Part shown: positions 9,498 through 21,344 of the stretch, in pieces
How positions within the stretch are numbered: position 1 is the stretch's first letter
Layout of the letters: every line of letters begins with the position of its first letter
Source of the DNA: Trichomonas gallinae
Taxonomy: Eukaryota
Direction: 5' to 3'
Length of the DNA stretch: 48,736 nt
Assembly (NCBI GenBank): GCA_008369845.1
Contig: MRSU01010668.1
Coordinates: forward strand, 1 to 48,736
Program-made: the position numbers and the translations under genes
The notes under the pieces: model-generated
Seen by the model: the letters and a program-made list of their open reading frames with translations, nothing else
What the model was told of the DNA's origin: nothing
Databases searched by the model: none

Positions 9498-11549
9498 TCA
9501 TTTTAGATAAATAACTCGATCATTGTCGCCGATTTCGATATATTTCATTGCAGCAAGTTCTCTCAGGCATTGAGCTATGTCTTCTGTTCTTGGTTTAAAG
9601 AGTTTTGATGCTTCTTCGTATATTTTCTGTTCTAATATTGAGTATCTTATGATTTTGTTAATCTTCATGATTCTAATTGCTTGCACCTGAAGACTCTGCA
9701 TTCTTATCTTTGGCAATTCTTCGATTTTTGCATGTTCAACTTTCCAATTATCTGCAATAAGAGCCGTTTTTTCCCAATACTTCTGATTTATTGAGATCTT
9801 AGCTTTGGAGAGATCTTGTCTATCGCTGATTTTAATGATCTTGCGGTTGATTAATTTATTCAAATTCTTTAATACTCTCTTTCTGTCGATAATTGTGTTT
9901 TGAACAAGTGAATCAAAGTTCAATCCTTCATTATCAACGATGTTTTTGATGATGACGGCCTGTGAAAGACTAAGTGTCATATTTGTTCCTCCTTCTTTAG
10001 TTCTAAGCTTTGCTTCGCATGTAGCTAATGTATCTAACCATTCAAATTTGCGTCCTGGCCATTTTTTATGCATCACACCTGTTGCTTTATCTCTAAAATC
10101 AACGTAATCGGCTGGAAGTCTAACATAGAAGCTTGAATGTTTTTGTGGAATATCACTGAATCTAAACATAATGTATGAGAAGTTAGGAACTTCTTTTTCA
10201 ACGTGAACTTCATAATCTTTGATTAAATTTTCAACAATTTCGAGACTTTCATTCTGTGTGGCTAGCAATATAGCATTATAAGCGTCTATTTCCTTTGTTT
10301 TGCCGAATGTTGAATTTGTTGCAAGTCGATTAAATAAATGAATTTCATATTGTTTCAAGAATACATCTTTGTCAACGACATATGAGATCAATCTAATTAT
10401 ATTTTGTTGTGTAATTGCGCCTTGTAGCGTGTTTCCGCGCTGTAGATATGCATTTAAGATATATGATAAACAAATTGGCCATTTTTCACCAAATTCTTTG
10501 TGGAACTTTGTTTCATGCAGTTTCTTTTTCAATGTGTTGACAGTGAATCCTGAAAATTGATCAGCGTACATCAAATTATTAAATTTATCAATAAATCTGA
10601 GTAAATTCATTAATATTGTGCATAACTTCTTCACTTTAGATTCTTTCTGCAATATAGTAACGAAATTATCTATTGATCTCGTAAATGAAGATTCAATAAT
10701 TTCATCTGTTTGTTTTGAGCGTACATACGAAATAGAAATGATTAATTCTCCTTCAAAGGTTACATTAGGATGAAATGCATTGAACAAATCAACGTTTTGA
10801 GTTAATTCAGCAATTTTCGGTATTAATGGCGTAATAACTTTCTCTTGGAACACGCTAATGAATCTTTCTGTAATTGTTGCATCTTTGGAAATGCAATCTA
10901 TGAAATTTCTGACTTGTTTCATTGCTGCTGGTAATTTTGCAATATTAGGAGAGATTTTTTCGAAGGCTTTTTCGATTTCGGCGATGAGTTTTTCTCGATT
11001 TGTATTCGTTGAGCTGTCTGATCCAAAGTATATCACTTGAAATAGCGAAATTATTAAAGATAAATCGGGATTTTCTGCAGATTGGAAGATATGTACTAAT
11101 TGATTGACTGAATTATTGATTAAAAGATCCAAATTTTCGTTAACAACTGATTTCATCAAGAATCTAGAATAAATCGATTGAATATCGTCAACTTTCCTTT
11201 GCATATATATATTTTTGATCATTGATTCGCTAAACCTGCAAATATTCTGTAGCAATCCTATACTTTTCATAGCATTAGAGATTAAATTCAATTTCGAAAT
11301 TTCATCTAATTGATTATATTTCCCATTTTCATGCTTGAATAATAATGTCTCGATGTATCTATTTAGTGCTATGAATGGATTATCAACATCTGTCTGCTTA
11401 TTGAATCCAGCATATTTTGTTGCTAGGTTAAAGCAAGCAGTTGCGCAGTTCGTATATTCAGCAACAGAAGGCTTATAATCAAAATCAATCATATTCTTAA
11501 CAAAGTCATCTAAATTCTTCTGATATACTTGGATATCATCAATAATCAT
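9498..11549 (-). CDS. Cullin family protein (divergent)
   Basis: Cullin homology motifs DKDVFLKQYEIHLFNRL and PGRKFEWLDTLATCE. The C-terminal WH-B region has AIRIMK (neddylation Lys) and ends in YIEIGDNDRVIYL. Confidence 0.9.
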   Translation of the reverse strand: MIIDDIQVYQKNLDDFVKNMIDFDYKPSVAEYTNCATACFNLATKYAGFNKQTDVDNPFIALNRYIETLLFKHENGKYNQLDEISKLNLISNAMKSIGLLQNICRFSESMIKNIYMQRKVDDIQSIYSRFLMKSVVNENLDLLINNSVNQLVHIFQSAENPDLSLIISLFQVIYFGSDSSTNTNREKLIAEIEKAFEKISPNIAKLPAAMKQVRNFIDCISKDATITERFISVFQEKVITPLIPKIAELTQNVDLFNAFHPNVTFEGELIISISYVRSKQTDEIIESSFTRSIDNFVTILQKESKVKKLCTILMNLLRFIDKFNNLMYADQFSGFTVNTLKKKLHETKFHKEFGEKWPICLSYILNAYLQRGNTLQGAITQQNIIRLISYVVDKDVFLKQYEIHLFNRLATNSTFGKTKEIDAYNAILLATQNESLEIVENLIKDYEVHVEKEVPNFSYIMFRFSDIPQKHSSFYVRLPADYVDFRDKATGVMHKKWPGRKFEWLDTLATCEAKLRTKEGGTNMTLSLSQAVIIKNIVDNEGLNFDSLVQNTIIDRKRVLKNLNKLINRKIIKISDRQDLSKAKISINQKYWEKTALIADNWKVEHAKIEELPKIRMQSLQVQAIRIMKINKIIRYSILEQKIYEEASKLFKPRTEDIAQCLRELAAMKYIEIGDNDRVIYLK

Positions 11550-11555
11550 CTACAA

Positions 11556-11562
11556 AATATGA
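11556..11562 (-). promoter_or_regulatory. Initiator (Inr) TCATATT of the cullin gene
   Basis: TCA+WW motif about 10 nt upstream of the ATG, the usual trichomonad Inr position. Confidence 0.6.
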
Positions 11563-14210
11563 CAAAAAAATTTATTGATCAAAATTTTACTCATTTTTCG
11601 TTTAAATATAAAATATATAAACTAAAATAAACCCATTTATTAAAATAAAATTATATGTTATAGCTGAAGAAAAATATTCAATAATAAAATATTAATATTT
11701 AGCTTATATAAATCAACAAATTAAATATATATTCCTGTTATATGCCATTCGATGAGTTTTTGGAGATCTGTTACTGGTAAATAATTCCGCTCAAATTGTT
11801 CGTAATTAAGGGAAATAAGACCGAAAATATTTTATACTTCATTGTATGCTGTATATATACAACTACTAATAGCATGGAAATGATAATTCATATCTGAAGT
11901 GAAATAGAAACATTTAATATGGGCGTTAATAGTATTATATTAGGATAATAGGTTATTATGTGCAGAAAATAGCATTCAAACACAGCGACTGACTGAATAA
12001 AAAGAAAAAAAAATATAATAATGAATAAATTGAACAAACCTTGGATAATATAATCTTTATGTGTTAATAAAGTTAACCAAAACCGAAATAAGTGTCGGTT
12101 TGTTGTAATTTTGACGAGGATTTTATAACCAAGATAATATCAAATAAATATCAAAGTATTTTCACGTTATTGGCCTATATATCAATACCAAATAGAGAAA
12201 AATGAATGAAATGCTAAGATTAGTTTTGGAAAATAAATACGATAAACCAACTAAACAACAAAAATAATGTAACCACCATGATGGATAATGGCAGAATAAT
12301 GTATTAAAGTGAAATAAATGATAAAGTTTGAAAAACAAATACGTATCAAATGAAAAAAAAATAGAAAACTAGCCGAAATGAAATAAAATATAAGCACTTG
12401 TTATGCGTTCATATCTCGAATATATTTCCAAAAAAGCAATTAAATTGGTAATTTTCGAAAATAAGATAGCTGAAATGTGAAATATGACAATTTTCCATGT
12501 GCTCATTTTCGTTTTTGATTATAAATGCATTTATTAGCTAAATAAAGCATGAGGATAATTAAAAAGAGAATCATTTTAAAAAATTAACAATTTTCTGAAT
12601 AGTTTAAACGAAAAGCTAGTATATTTTCAATAATTGGATCTATATTACTGTAACGAATACGATTTCAAAGACCTTTCAATCGAAAATTAAAAAACATTTA
12701 AGGCCAAAAATTCAATAAGTTTTGTTAGAATTTAAAATCTTTAAGGACGGATTGGAAATTTGTATGAGATAATCATTTGATCAATAATGTCAAAAAGAAA
12801 TATAAAAATTTTATATATAAAATCGGTTTTTACAGATAATATTGAAACACGATATACTCTGAGTAAACATGGCGGATGAGAAATCTGACATGTTTTAACA
12901 AAATCGAGAGACCTCTTAAAAATTGACTGTAGATATTGAATAACAATTTTTATCAGAAAAAGTAATTTTAATTGGCCATTTACTGATATAATAGGAATGA
13001 GATATCGGTGTAGATAAACGATATTAGGTAGTTCAGGTTACAGGGATGAAAAAAAGGGATAAATTGATGTTCGAGAAAGGAAATAAGATTGAATTCGATA
13101 TATATATTCCATGAGCTAATAGAATCTAAAGAGATAATAAAGATTTAACTATAAAAAGGAAAAATTGACGCGCTCTTTAATGTGATGACTAGTTTAATTT
13201 ATTTTAAATATTAGATGACAACAAGTGAACTAGTTCTGATGGTTAAATGGGAAAAAATAAAGAATGTGAGGAGTTTTGAACTTTTTATATCGATTTTATT
13301 TTTTAAGTAATTTTGAGATTAAATATAGATCTTTCATATGATGTAATGCATAAAAAACCTAGATAAAACAATTTATGAGTCCCGTAAATTTTGTATCGTA
13401 TATTTGTTATTCATAATATATCTACATATATGAATATATAAAAAATTTTAAAATTCGTTAGAAAATTGTTCAATCTTTCAATTTTGTTAATGATAAAAAG
13501 TTTCGTCATTATATTTATACAATCCTGTATTAATAGAATTAATTGCTTTTTCAGTTGAGAGACTACCATTCAAAAAGTCATCGATAAAAAAAGTTAACAA
13601 TGCTAAAACAAGTGTTATGTGTTCGGATTTTTCACGATTTGTTGTTTTTATTTCAATAGCAAAACAAAAAGTCAATTTTTGAAAAGGCATTGGATAAGTG
13701 CTCCTTATCTTGTTCTGCCATAGTTTGAAACTGTAATGGTATTCAAGTTAATTCAAACGATTCCTTGCTATCACAAATATTTGAATTATTTCTCAATTAT
13801 TCGTTTTATTTTTTGAAATTGATCTATTGTTCACTTTGATAACCATTTCATATAGACCATATATCATGTGTTAATGCTAATTCAATTTAACTATCAAAAA
13901 TCGAACAAATTTTATCTTTAGTGCTTCCGTTTAATATTATTCATTTCTAATTTTATATAAAAAATTTGTTTGTTGATCAGATAATATTTGAATGTCGAAG
14001 TAAAAAAGCAATTTCATTTTATATTCATTGCCCTGTTTAGCTATATGCATGCCATGCATTTCTTGAAATTGAGTCATTCCGATTTCAGATGATTTTATTT
14101 GATGACTTTAAATTCGAATCCTGCATCATATCCTTGTCCCAAATAATGCATAATTATATTCAAATTTGAAATTATCAAATTCCTCATAAAAATTAAATCC
14201 TTTGCAAACC

Positions 14211-14261
14211 AACCGTTAGCATATATAAACCCATATTCTCAAAGCCTCCATAAAACCGTTT
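14211..14261 (+). promoter_or_regulatory. Two Myb-recognition/M3-like elements (AACCGTTA, AACCGTTT)
   Basis: Both fit HRCSGTTD. The first reads TAACGG on the minus strand, the canonical Myb YAACKG site. They lie 77-127 nt upstream of the Myb ATG. Confidence 0.4.
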
Positions 14262-14337
14262 TATCTAAAATTTAAAAGCTCTCACAATTTTCTATTTCTA
14301 TTCAAATTATTGAACATATTTAAAATCATTTCAGTCG

Positions 14338-14865
14338 ATGTCAAGCAAGAAGAGCAAACTTGCAGCTCCAAAGTTTACTCATGAGGAAGATAAGCTCTTA
14401 ACATACTTAATTACCGAAGTTAAACATACAAATTGGGTAACAATTGCATCATTAATGCCCGGTCGCAACGTTCAACAGTGCCGTGATAGATGGCGCCATG
14501 TTCTCTGCAAGCATTCTGCTAGCAAAGATTGGACACCAGAAGAAGATGAACTCTTGCTTCAAAAGTACCGTGAATTGGGCAAGAGATGGATTCAGATTCA
14601 AGTTACTTTTCCTCGACACACTGTTGTTCAAGTTAAGAGCCACTGCAAAGAGCTTCTTGAAAGAGAACAGAATCCTCCCACACCAAGAATACAGGTTCTT
14701 CAACAAGAGCCAGTCACAATGCCTGCAATTGGCAACTATCCACTTGATAAATCTCTTGACGAACTCTTTGCCACATTTGTTGAAGGCTCAAGCCAGCGCG
14801 AATTTGATCCTTTCCTCAGTTTAACTGATGATTTTGCTTCAGCCTTTTCATTAGAAAGGCCGTAA
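14338..14865 (+). CDS. R2R3 Myb-like DNA-binding protein
   Basis: First repeat FTHEEDKLL..NWVTIASLMPGRNVQQCRDRW; second repeat WTPEEDELLLQKYRELGKRW. Confidence 0.95.
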   Translation: MSSKKSKLAAPKFTHEEDKLLTYLITEVKHTNWVTIASLMPGRNVQQCRDRWRHVLCKHSASKDWTPEEDELLLQKYRELGKRWIQIQVTFPRHTVVQVKSHCKELLEREQNPPTPRIQVLQQEPVTMPAIGNYPLDKSLDELFATFVEGSSQREFDPFLSLTDDFASAFSLERP

Positions 14866-15947
14866 TATTGTTTATTAAATAGAATATTTCATCTTTCCGG
14901 TAATAAACTATTTTTTATCTATGTTGTCGTATAAAAATATTATATCTTAATAATTTCAAGTAGAATGACCTTTGCGATTATAAATATCGCATATACTGAT
15001 TATATATAGTCTAAATATCATATTTACATGAGCGGACAGTTGTATAAAATTTTTGTAATTCAAAATAAACCTAAACTGAAAAAGTAGAAATTTTTTTTCA
15101 AAAATTAATTGATCATAACTGTAAGTGACTGTATTTTAGTTCACTAGTCGAATCGTTTGCTACATTATAATATTATTGTTGTATTTATCCAACCTCCGAT
15201 CATTTTATATTTAAAATTTACAGCCACATCAACTTATCAAATATGCCCTATATTTTGGGCTCATAATCTATCCAAGGTATAGTAATCTTCTATAGATTAT
15301 AATACTATAATATTATAGATTTATTTCTATAAGAAACAGCAATTAATGAGAATGTAAGAACAATAAGTATTAAAAAGTGACATACAGTACAATTGGCTAT
15401 TTGATTTTTTGGTAAAAATGTTTTTTAGACTTTGAGGTAATGGTAAAAAAACAAAAATAATTGGGACGCGATATTATCACATTGAATGGTTGATCAACTC
15501 TACTCATTTTTTCTTGTTGTCAACTAAAAACTCGGAAGGTTTTACTATATAATTCTTCATGGGAAATGGATCAGAATGCATCAACAAGAACCCTCGTTCA
15601 TCGCATTAATCTTCTGCCATAACAATAGAAATTATTCTTCAACATTATTAATTTAACGTTCGGATTTCCCACATTCTATAGTGAACGATTCTGATTTTTA
15701 AGTAATGTGGGAATGGAAAATAATATAATAAAATATTTGCTTATATTTAGTAAAGGGGAATATGCTAGTTAATATATGGTTATTATAATATCCACAAGCT
15801 TGCGGCTAGGCCACGTTCTCATTATTTTTATATGAAATATAAAATCATGGTATTATTCACAAGTACTAGAAAGCACTAGTAAAGAACGTTTGTAATATGA
15901 ATATAACATGATTTTAGATTAATAAACATAATATACAATTAATTAAA

Positions 15948-18665
15948 TTAGAATCTAGATCTTCGGTTAAACCTTTCCATCCTATTATTAATGCTGAGGA
16001 AGGCCACAAGGTTTATATTTGCCTCGTGTGAGTCTTCAACCACAGCTTTAAGAGCATTAACTAACTTAAGCCTTGCTTCGTCACAAACATTCATTTGGTT
16101 CCAAACGTCATCTGGCAAAGTGAGGACAGCCGCCAGTGATGTTGCTATCCTTACAGCACATTTAGCTCTATAATGATCATCCTGTAGAATAATTTCCGAA
16201 ACTCTTATTATGATAAAATTGGCATCAAACCTGACGCAATCGAATGCGTCAATAATTTCTTCTAGTATATCCCTTATAACAACACCGTGATATGAGAGGC
16301 GCGTGAGATACGACAATGCCCCATTGGCTGCCACACCTCCAAAATTGAGGAAACGTGGCAGATTCTGAATCCGCATTTTTTCTATATCTAACATGGCAAA
16401 CCCATATAATACTTCTCCTGCCGCGTCGAGATCGAAATCTTGCAGTGACTCGGTTAAGAAATTTATAATTTTTTCGTCTTTTGTGTGCCTTAAGTACTCT
16501 ATGATAATTTTAACGACAAACGATTGGGATATATTAGGAAAAGATGTTATTTCTATTAAATGCGATAAAGGGAATATACTCTCATAGTTCTCTAATAATG
16601 ATGACAAATAACAATAAATGTGCGTTAAATTCTTCCTGACATCTCCATTCGGTGGGTGCAATAGATATTCGAGGCAGAAATCTATTAATTTAACTAGGTA
16701 ATCTTTTTGACAAATTTCGAATTTAACAATAATTCTCGCTAAAGGTGTCAGGCAGAAAATTTTGTCAGAAACTGATGCAATCTGCTGAACAACTTTCTCG
16801 TCGTACGTCTCTGGCGCCGATACAAAAATGTGTGATAAAGCTTTCAATGCGCACTTTTTCTCTTCACTCGACCCTTCTTTGAGAATTCTCTTGCAAACAG
16901 GTATGAAAACGCCTGGATCGTATGAACACTTGTGTTTGAATAATCGTTTTGCTAAAATAGAAACCGTCAGGAACCATCCATGCTGGGATCTCTCAAATTT
17001 TTCTGTCGTCTCCTGTATAACATCTTCGCTTGCAATGCATTCAATTTCTTCATCTTCTTCTTTAGAGTGAATGAAGAAATTCTCCAGAGAGTGGCATTCG
17101 AAAAATTCTTGCGTGAATGTCTCTGTGAACTTTTTAACATACTTCTCTGTGAAGTCCTTGAAAACTAATATATTTTTCTCGAATTTAGCGAAATATGAAA
17201 CCGCTGACAAAATCGAAATTACAACTTCATCAGTTTCATCGTGCATGCAGCTTGCAATTGCGTCTTCTGCTTGTGTGTCTGTCCTGCCGTAGCTGAGTAT
17301 TGCTAAGGCTTCTATTGATCTGCATTTGAGACTTTTATCAACATTTGTTGGTGTTTCTAAAACTGATCTGCAAATTATAGGGAAAAGAACGTGGTTGTAT
17401 CTGGCAACTGATATACCAACTGAAAACACTAAACTTACGCATAGATGTCTGCACAAATATGATGGCCGAATTAAAACACGAATTCGGTCAACTAATGTTT
17501 GCACCATGTTGCTAGGCAATGTGAAACTGTCAATGATAAATGAAGCAACGTTAATTGCTTTTTCTAATAATTTTAAATCTACAACACCCATTAAATCATA
17601 AAGTTGCTCTAGAAATGTGACCCTTACAGCCTCATTAACTAACGCAACTTCCTTCATTGCCTCTAATGTTGCAAGTTTTACGTACATTTGAGTGCATTGT
17701 AAACTTAGTATGAGAGAATGGCAGAGATTTTGGTTGATAAGTGTTGGAACATGCTCTGCTGTTGATGACACGCATACGACAAAAGCAAAAATGCTTCTTT
17801 CTGTTTTGATATCATAATTTTGTCTGAATAAAGTAATAAATTGCTGGCTAAATTTAAGCGCAAGTAATTCCATTGTTTCTGCTATATACAAAACATCCTG
17901 TGTCGGACAAATTTTCATCGCTGTAAGTGTTTTGGTAAATATTTTTTCTAAATTTTGAGAGATTTCATCTGGATATGTATTGACCAATGAATTTAGTATC
18001 CAGAAAAGACTCAAATTTGTTGATGCAGATGTGCAAATCTCAAAAGTTCTCGGTAGAATTTCCGGAACTTTTCCAGATTCGATTATTGCGCACAAAGGCA
18101 CACTCAATGAGTTTGTCAAGTACTCATCGCCAAGTGCAATCGCATGTTCGAGTGATATAAAGCATTCGTTAATTGGCCCGATAAAATCTGTAATTCTGTC
18201 TGAGCAGTAAGTTATCCTTGCGAGGATGTCAGCGAGTTCATATGACAAGTGGGATGTCGCGCAGTTGTACAAAACGAGCATAATCGTTGCATGCCATATC
18301 TCAAAATCTTCGGAATCGAAATAAGGTATCGCATTTGCTATAATGAGTGACGCTATTCGAATATTTACTTTGTCGTGCTCACTAAGAAGGCTAGCGACGA
18401 AATCATGAATCTCAGCCCATTGATAATAGATAATTTCATTAAATGACGTGATAATAATGTTGCAAATGTTGTAGTTTTCGAGATTTCTTGCAATGCAGTC
18501 TATCAAAAGATTCCTGTTGTCAAAACAATTTTGAAAATCGTTATTAAACAAATAATCAAGTTGCAAGGCAGCATACCCTCGCTCTACTGTGGACGAAGAT
18601 TCCGCGATAATCTTAGTAATCTCTTCAAATGGAAGATTTTGTATTTTCTTCAAACATTCGTCCAT
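15948..18665 (-). CDS. ARM/HEAT-repeat alpha-solenoid protein (possibly karyopherin-beta-like)
   Basis: 905-aa helical, L/I-rich ORF with HEAT-like segments (YVKLATLEAMKEVA, LKCRSIEALAIL, EKKCALKALSHI). Confidence 0.65.
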   Translation of the reverse strand: MDECLKKIQNLPFEEITKIIAESSSTVERGYAALQLDYLFNNDFQNCFDNRNLLIDCIARNLENYNICNIIITSFNEIIYYQWAEIHDFVASLLSEHDKVNIRIASLIIANAIPYFDSEDFEIWHATIMLVLYNCATSHLSYELADILARITYCSDRITDFIGPINECFISLEHAIALGDEYLTNSLSVPLCAIIESGKVPEILPRTFEICTSASTNLSLFWILNSLVNTYPDEISQNLEKIFTKTLTAMKICPTQDVLYIAETMELLALKFSQQFITLFRQNYDIKTERSIFAFVVCVSSTAEHVPTLINQNLCHSLILSLQCTQMYVKLATLEAMKEVALVNEAVRVTFLEQLYDLMGVVDLKLLEKAINVASFIIDSFTLPSNMVQTLVDRIRVLIRPSYLCRHLCVSLVFSVGISVARYNHVLFPIICRSVLETPTNVDKSLKCRSIEALAILSYGRTDTQAEDAIASCMHDETDEVVISILSAVSYFAKFEKNILVFKDFTEKYVKKFTETFTQEFFECHSLENFFIHSKEEDEEIECIASEDVIQETTEKFERSQHGWFLTVSILAKRLFKHKCSYDPGVFIPVCKRILKEGSSEEKKCALKALSHIFVSAPETYDEKVVQQIASVSDKIFCLTPLARIIVKFEICQKDYLVKLIDFCLEYLLHPPNGDVRKNLTHIYCYLSSLLENYESIFPLSHLIEITSFPNISQSFVVKIIIEYLRHTKDEKIINFLTESLQDFDLDAAGEVLYGFAMLDIEKMRIQNLPRFLNFGGVAANGALSYLTRLSYHGVVIRDILEEIIDAFDCVRFDANFIIIRVSEIILQDDHYRAKCAVRIATSLAAVLTLPDDVWNQMNVCDEARLKLVNALKAVVEDSHEANINLVAFLSINNRMERFNRRSRF

Positions 18666-19127
18666 CTTTTACTATAAAAGGGTCTTACACCACCTCAATT
18701 TATTAATCTTTTTTTGTAAACTTCATTTTGGAATCGAATTCTTGAAAATATTGGCAATCCTGATACAAATATCAAGATTTAGAGCTGAGAGTAAAGAAAA
18801 AAAAATAATTAACCCTTTGATGGGGTAAAAATTATTACTTACAGATTTGTCTATTGATAAGTAAAGGCAATAAGCGCGCGATATGTTTAAAGAAAACGCT
18901 CCAAATGAACGAATAAAATTTTTTGATACCATAATAGTCGTATATGGATATATAAATAGTGCAAAAAGGTCGATAAGCAACAGAAAAGCATCAATTTTAG
19001 ATTAATCACTCAATAAAGCATAAAACTCAAAACGTCAAAAAAAATACAAACAAACAAGGTAAAAATTACGGAGTAAAAACAACGTCTACTCATTGTAGTT
19101 AATACAATGAGCTTTAATAATTCGCTG

Positions 19128-19730
19128 TCAGCAACATCCGAGCTTTTTGTTCCTTGAGTTTGCATTGGCGTCTTCGAGAGAGTGACTTGATGAATCCTGA
19201 GCGTGTTTAACCTTATCTGAATACTCTATTGCTTTCCTTGCTGCGATGTCGAATACATTATCTATGCCTTCACCCGTTTTAGCCGAGCAAATGCAAACGC
19301 CATCGTAGTCGTGCCCATATTGTTCAACATACTTTGCCATCGTTTCCTGCACATTGTCTTGAACAAGATCGACTTTGTTCAATGCCAGAATAAGCGGTGG
19401 GCGTTCATTATTTGATTCCAAGATCATCGACTGCCATTCGTAAGTATCTTCGAAGGATATTTTATCCATTATATCACCAACAATGATGGCGCAAGATGCA
19501 GATCTTGTGTAAAGAGGGACTAAACTCTTATACTGCTCTTGTCCAGCCGTATCCCAGACGGAAACGTTGACGTCTCGCTGGCAGATTCGAATTTTCTTAG
19601 GATGAAGATGGCTTCCGACTGTAGTCTTGCTATGCGCGTTGAATGTATCCTCAGTCCACTTCTGGCACAACGACGTTTTTCCAACGCCAGAATTGCCCAG
19701 CAAAACAATCTTCACTTCAGAATCAATCAT
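19128..19730 (-). CDS. Rab family small GTPase
   Basis: G-boxes GNSGVGKT, WDTAGQE, NKVD and CSAK, with a C-terminal CC prenylation motif. M2 motif at 19757. Confidence 0.95.
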   Translation of the reverse strand: MIDSEVKIVLLGNSGVGKTSLCQKWTEDTFNAHSKTTVGSHLHPKKIRICQRDVNVSVWDTAGQEQYKSLVPLYTRSASCAIIVGDIMDKISFEDTYEWQSMILESNNERPPLILALNKVDLVQDNVQETMAKYVEQYGHDYDGVCICSAKTGEGIDNVFDIAARKAIEYSDKVKHAQDSSSHSLEDANANSRNKKLGCC

Positions 19731-20495
19731 CTATATTTTAAAAAATTGAAAATTCTGTCACTTTTTAGTAGATTCAATTTTTCTTAATTCTCTGGTCAAT
19801 ATAAATTTTTGTTATTGGCTTATCCTGAACATATGCTGTTTTCAAAAATTTTTCAAAAAAATCTGGAATATCTGACATTTTTAAATAACTATGAAATCTT
19901 GCTCTTGAAAAACAGATAAATATTTTGTTTCGTTTATGGATTTTGAATAAGGTTAAAATCAAAGGTTCTTCGATATTTTGTTTATATATATGATTTATAT
20001 ATATAAAAATAATTTTTTGTAATTCAAAGGGTTTTTCCGGTTTTTTGTATTTTTTGAATACTTTGGTCCTCTTTATCCAGAATTTTTGTTTCTTACCATT
20101 TCATGCGTTTTTAAAAGGATCATCTTGATGCGGATGCATAGCCCTGTTGATGTCTGCGGATAAGCAGTTATTTGTTATTATTCGATTCAAAAATAACAGA
20201 GATTAGATATGTTTTGATGGACAAACACTATTTAATGTCTATTTTAATATACAATGAGCACAATAATTTGATCAGATGATCGATTTTTTCAGATCAATAA
20301 ATTTTCCACAAATAAGTTAAGGCTTTACCATTATAAACATAGTATTTTTATGATGCATGTAGTTGAAATACTAAATAAAAAATGAAACAATCTAATTCTT
20401 TGTAATCGAATATTATTTTTGCACTTCAAATAGAATGAAATATGCAACTATTTAAAACAGAAATAGTTTTCGTTAAATAGTAATCAAATAAATAT

Positions 20496-21344
20496 TTACT
20501 GATTTGCCTGGATAACTTTGAGGCAAGCAGCAAGGTCTTCACATACAAAATCTGGCCTTTCCTCTATGGATAATGTTTCGCACTCGTCACGTTTAGAGAC
20601 ACCTGTGAGAACGAGGATGGATTTCAATCCAACATTCTTCGCAAATTTAATATCTGTATTTAAGCGATCACCGATCATCCAGCTATTCTTAATATCGATA
20701 TTCTCGTGATTTGGAACAGCTTCGAAGATCTTTGGATCTGGTTTACCAACAATCATTGGATCTCTACCAGATGCAACAGCAATAGACACAGAAAGAGCGT
20801 GAGCACCTGGAACAAGAACCTTTGGATTATATGGATATGAGTTATCTGGATTTGCTGAGATTAATCTTGCATCATTTTCAATTACAAAGCGTGTTGCAAT
20901 AGCAAGATGCCTGTAAGTGAATTCTTCTGATGAGCCAACAACAACAGCGCAAACTGTTGGATCTAATTCCATTGTGTGGAAATCAATCCCATCAAAATCT
21001 GCTGTCGTGATTACTTTTAAGTTCTGCAATCTCAACTGGCTGACGAAACCAGCAGTACCGATAACGAATACTTTGCGATTTGGCTTATCCAATCCAATCT
21101 TCTGTAAATATGAGCCAACAGCAGCAGCAGATGTGATAACATCAGACATTTCGAATGAGTTATATCCTGATTTCTGAAAACGTTGGTAATATTGTTCGAC
21201 GGACTTACTTGCATTATTTGTAATAACAATCGGCCTGTAGCCAAGTTTCGCGATTTCGTTGATAACCTCTGATGCGCCGGGTATTGGCTCGCCGGCATGC
21301 CAAAGGACTCCCTCGCCATCAAAACAAACGCACTTCTGTGTCAT
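20496..21344 (-). CDS. HAD-superfamily subfamily IIA phosphatase (PGP/NagD/p-nitrophenylphosphatase-like)
   Basis: Motif I FDGEGVLW, motif II ITNNA, motif III GKP, motif IV MIGDRLNTDI, and LVLTGVS. Confidence 0.93.
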   Translation of the reverse strand: MTQKCVCFDGEGVLWHAGEPIPGASEVINEIAKLGYRPIVITNNASKSVEQYYQRFQKSGYNSFEMSDVITSAAAVGSYLQKIGLDKPNRKVFVIGTAGFVSQLRLQNLKVITTADFDGIDFHTMELDPTVCAVVVGSSEEFTYRHLAIATRFVIENDARLISANPDNSYPYNPKVLVPGAHALSVSIAVASGRDPMIVGKPDPKIFEAVPNHENIDIKNSWMIGDRLNTDIKFAKNVGLKSILVLTGVSKRDECETLSIEERPDFVCEDLAACLKVIQANQ

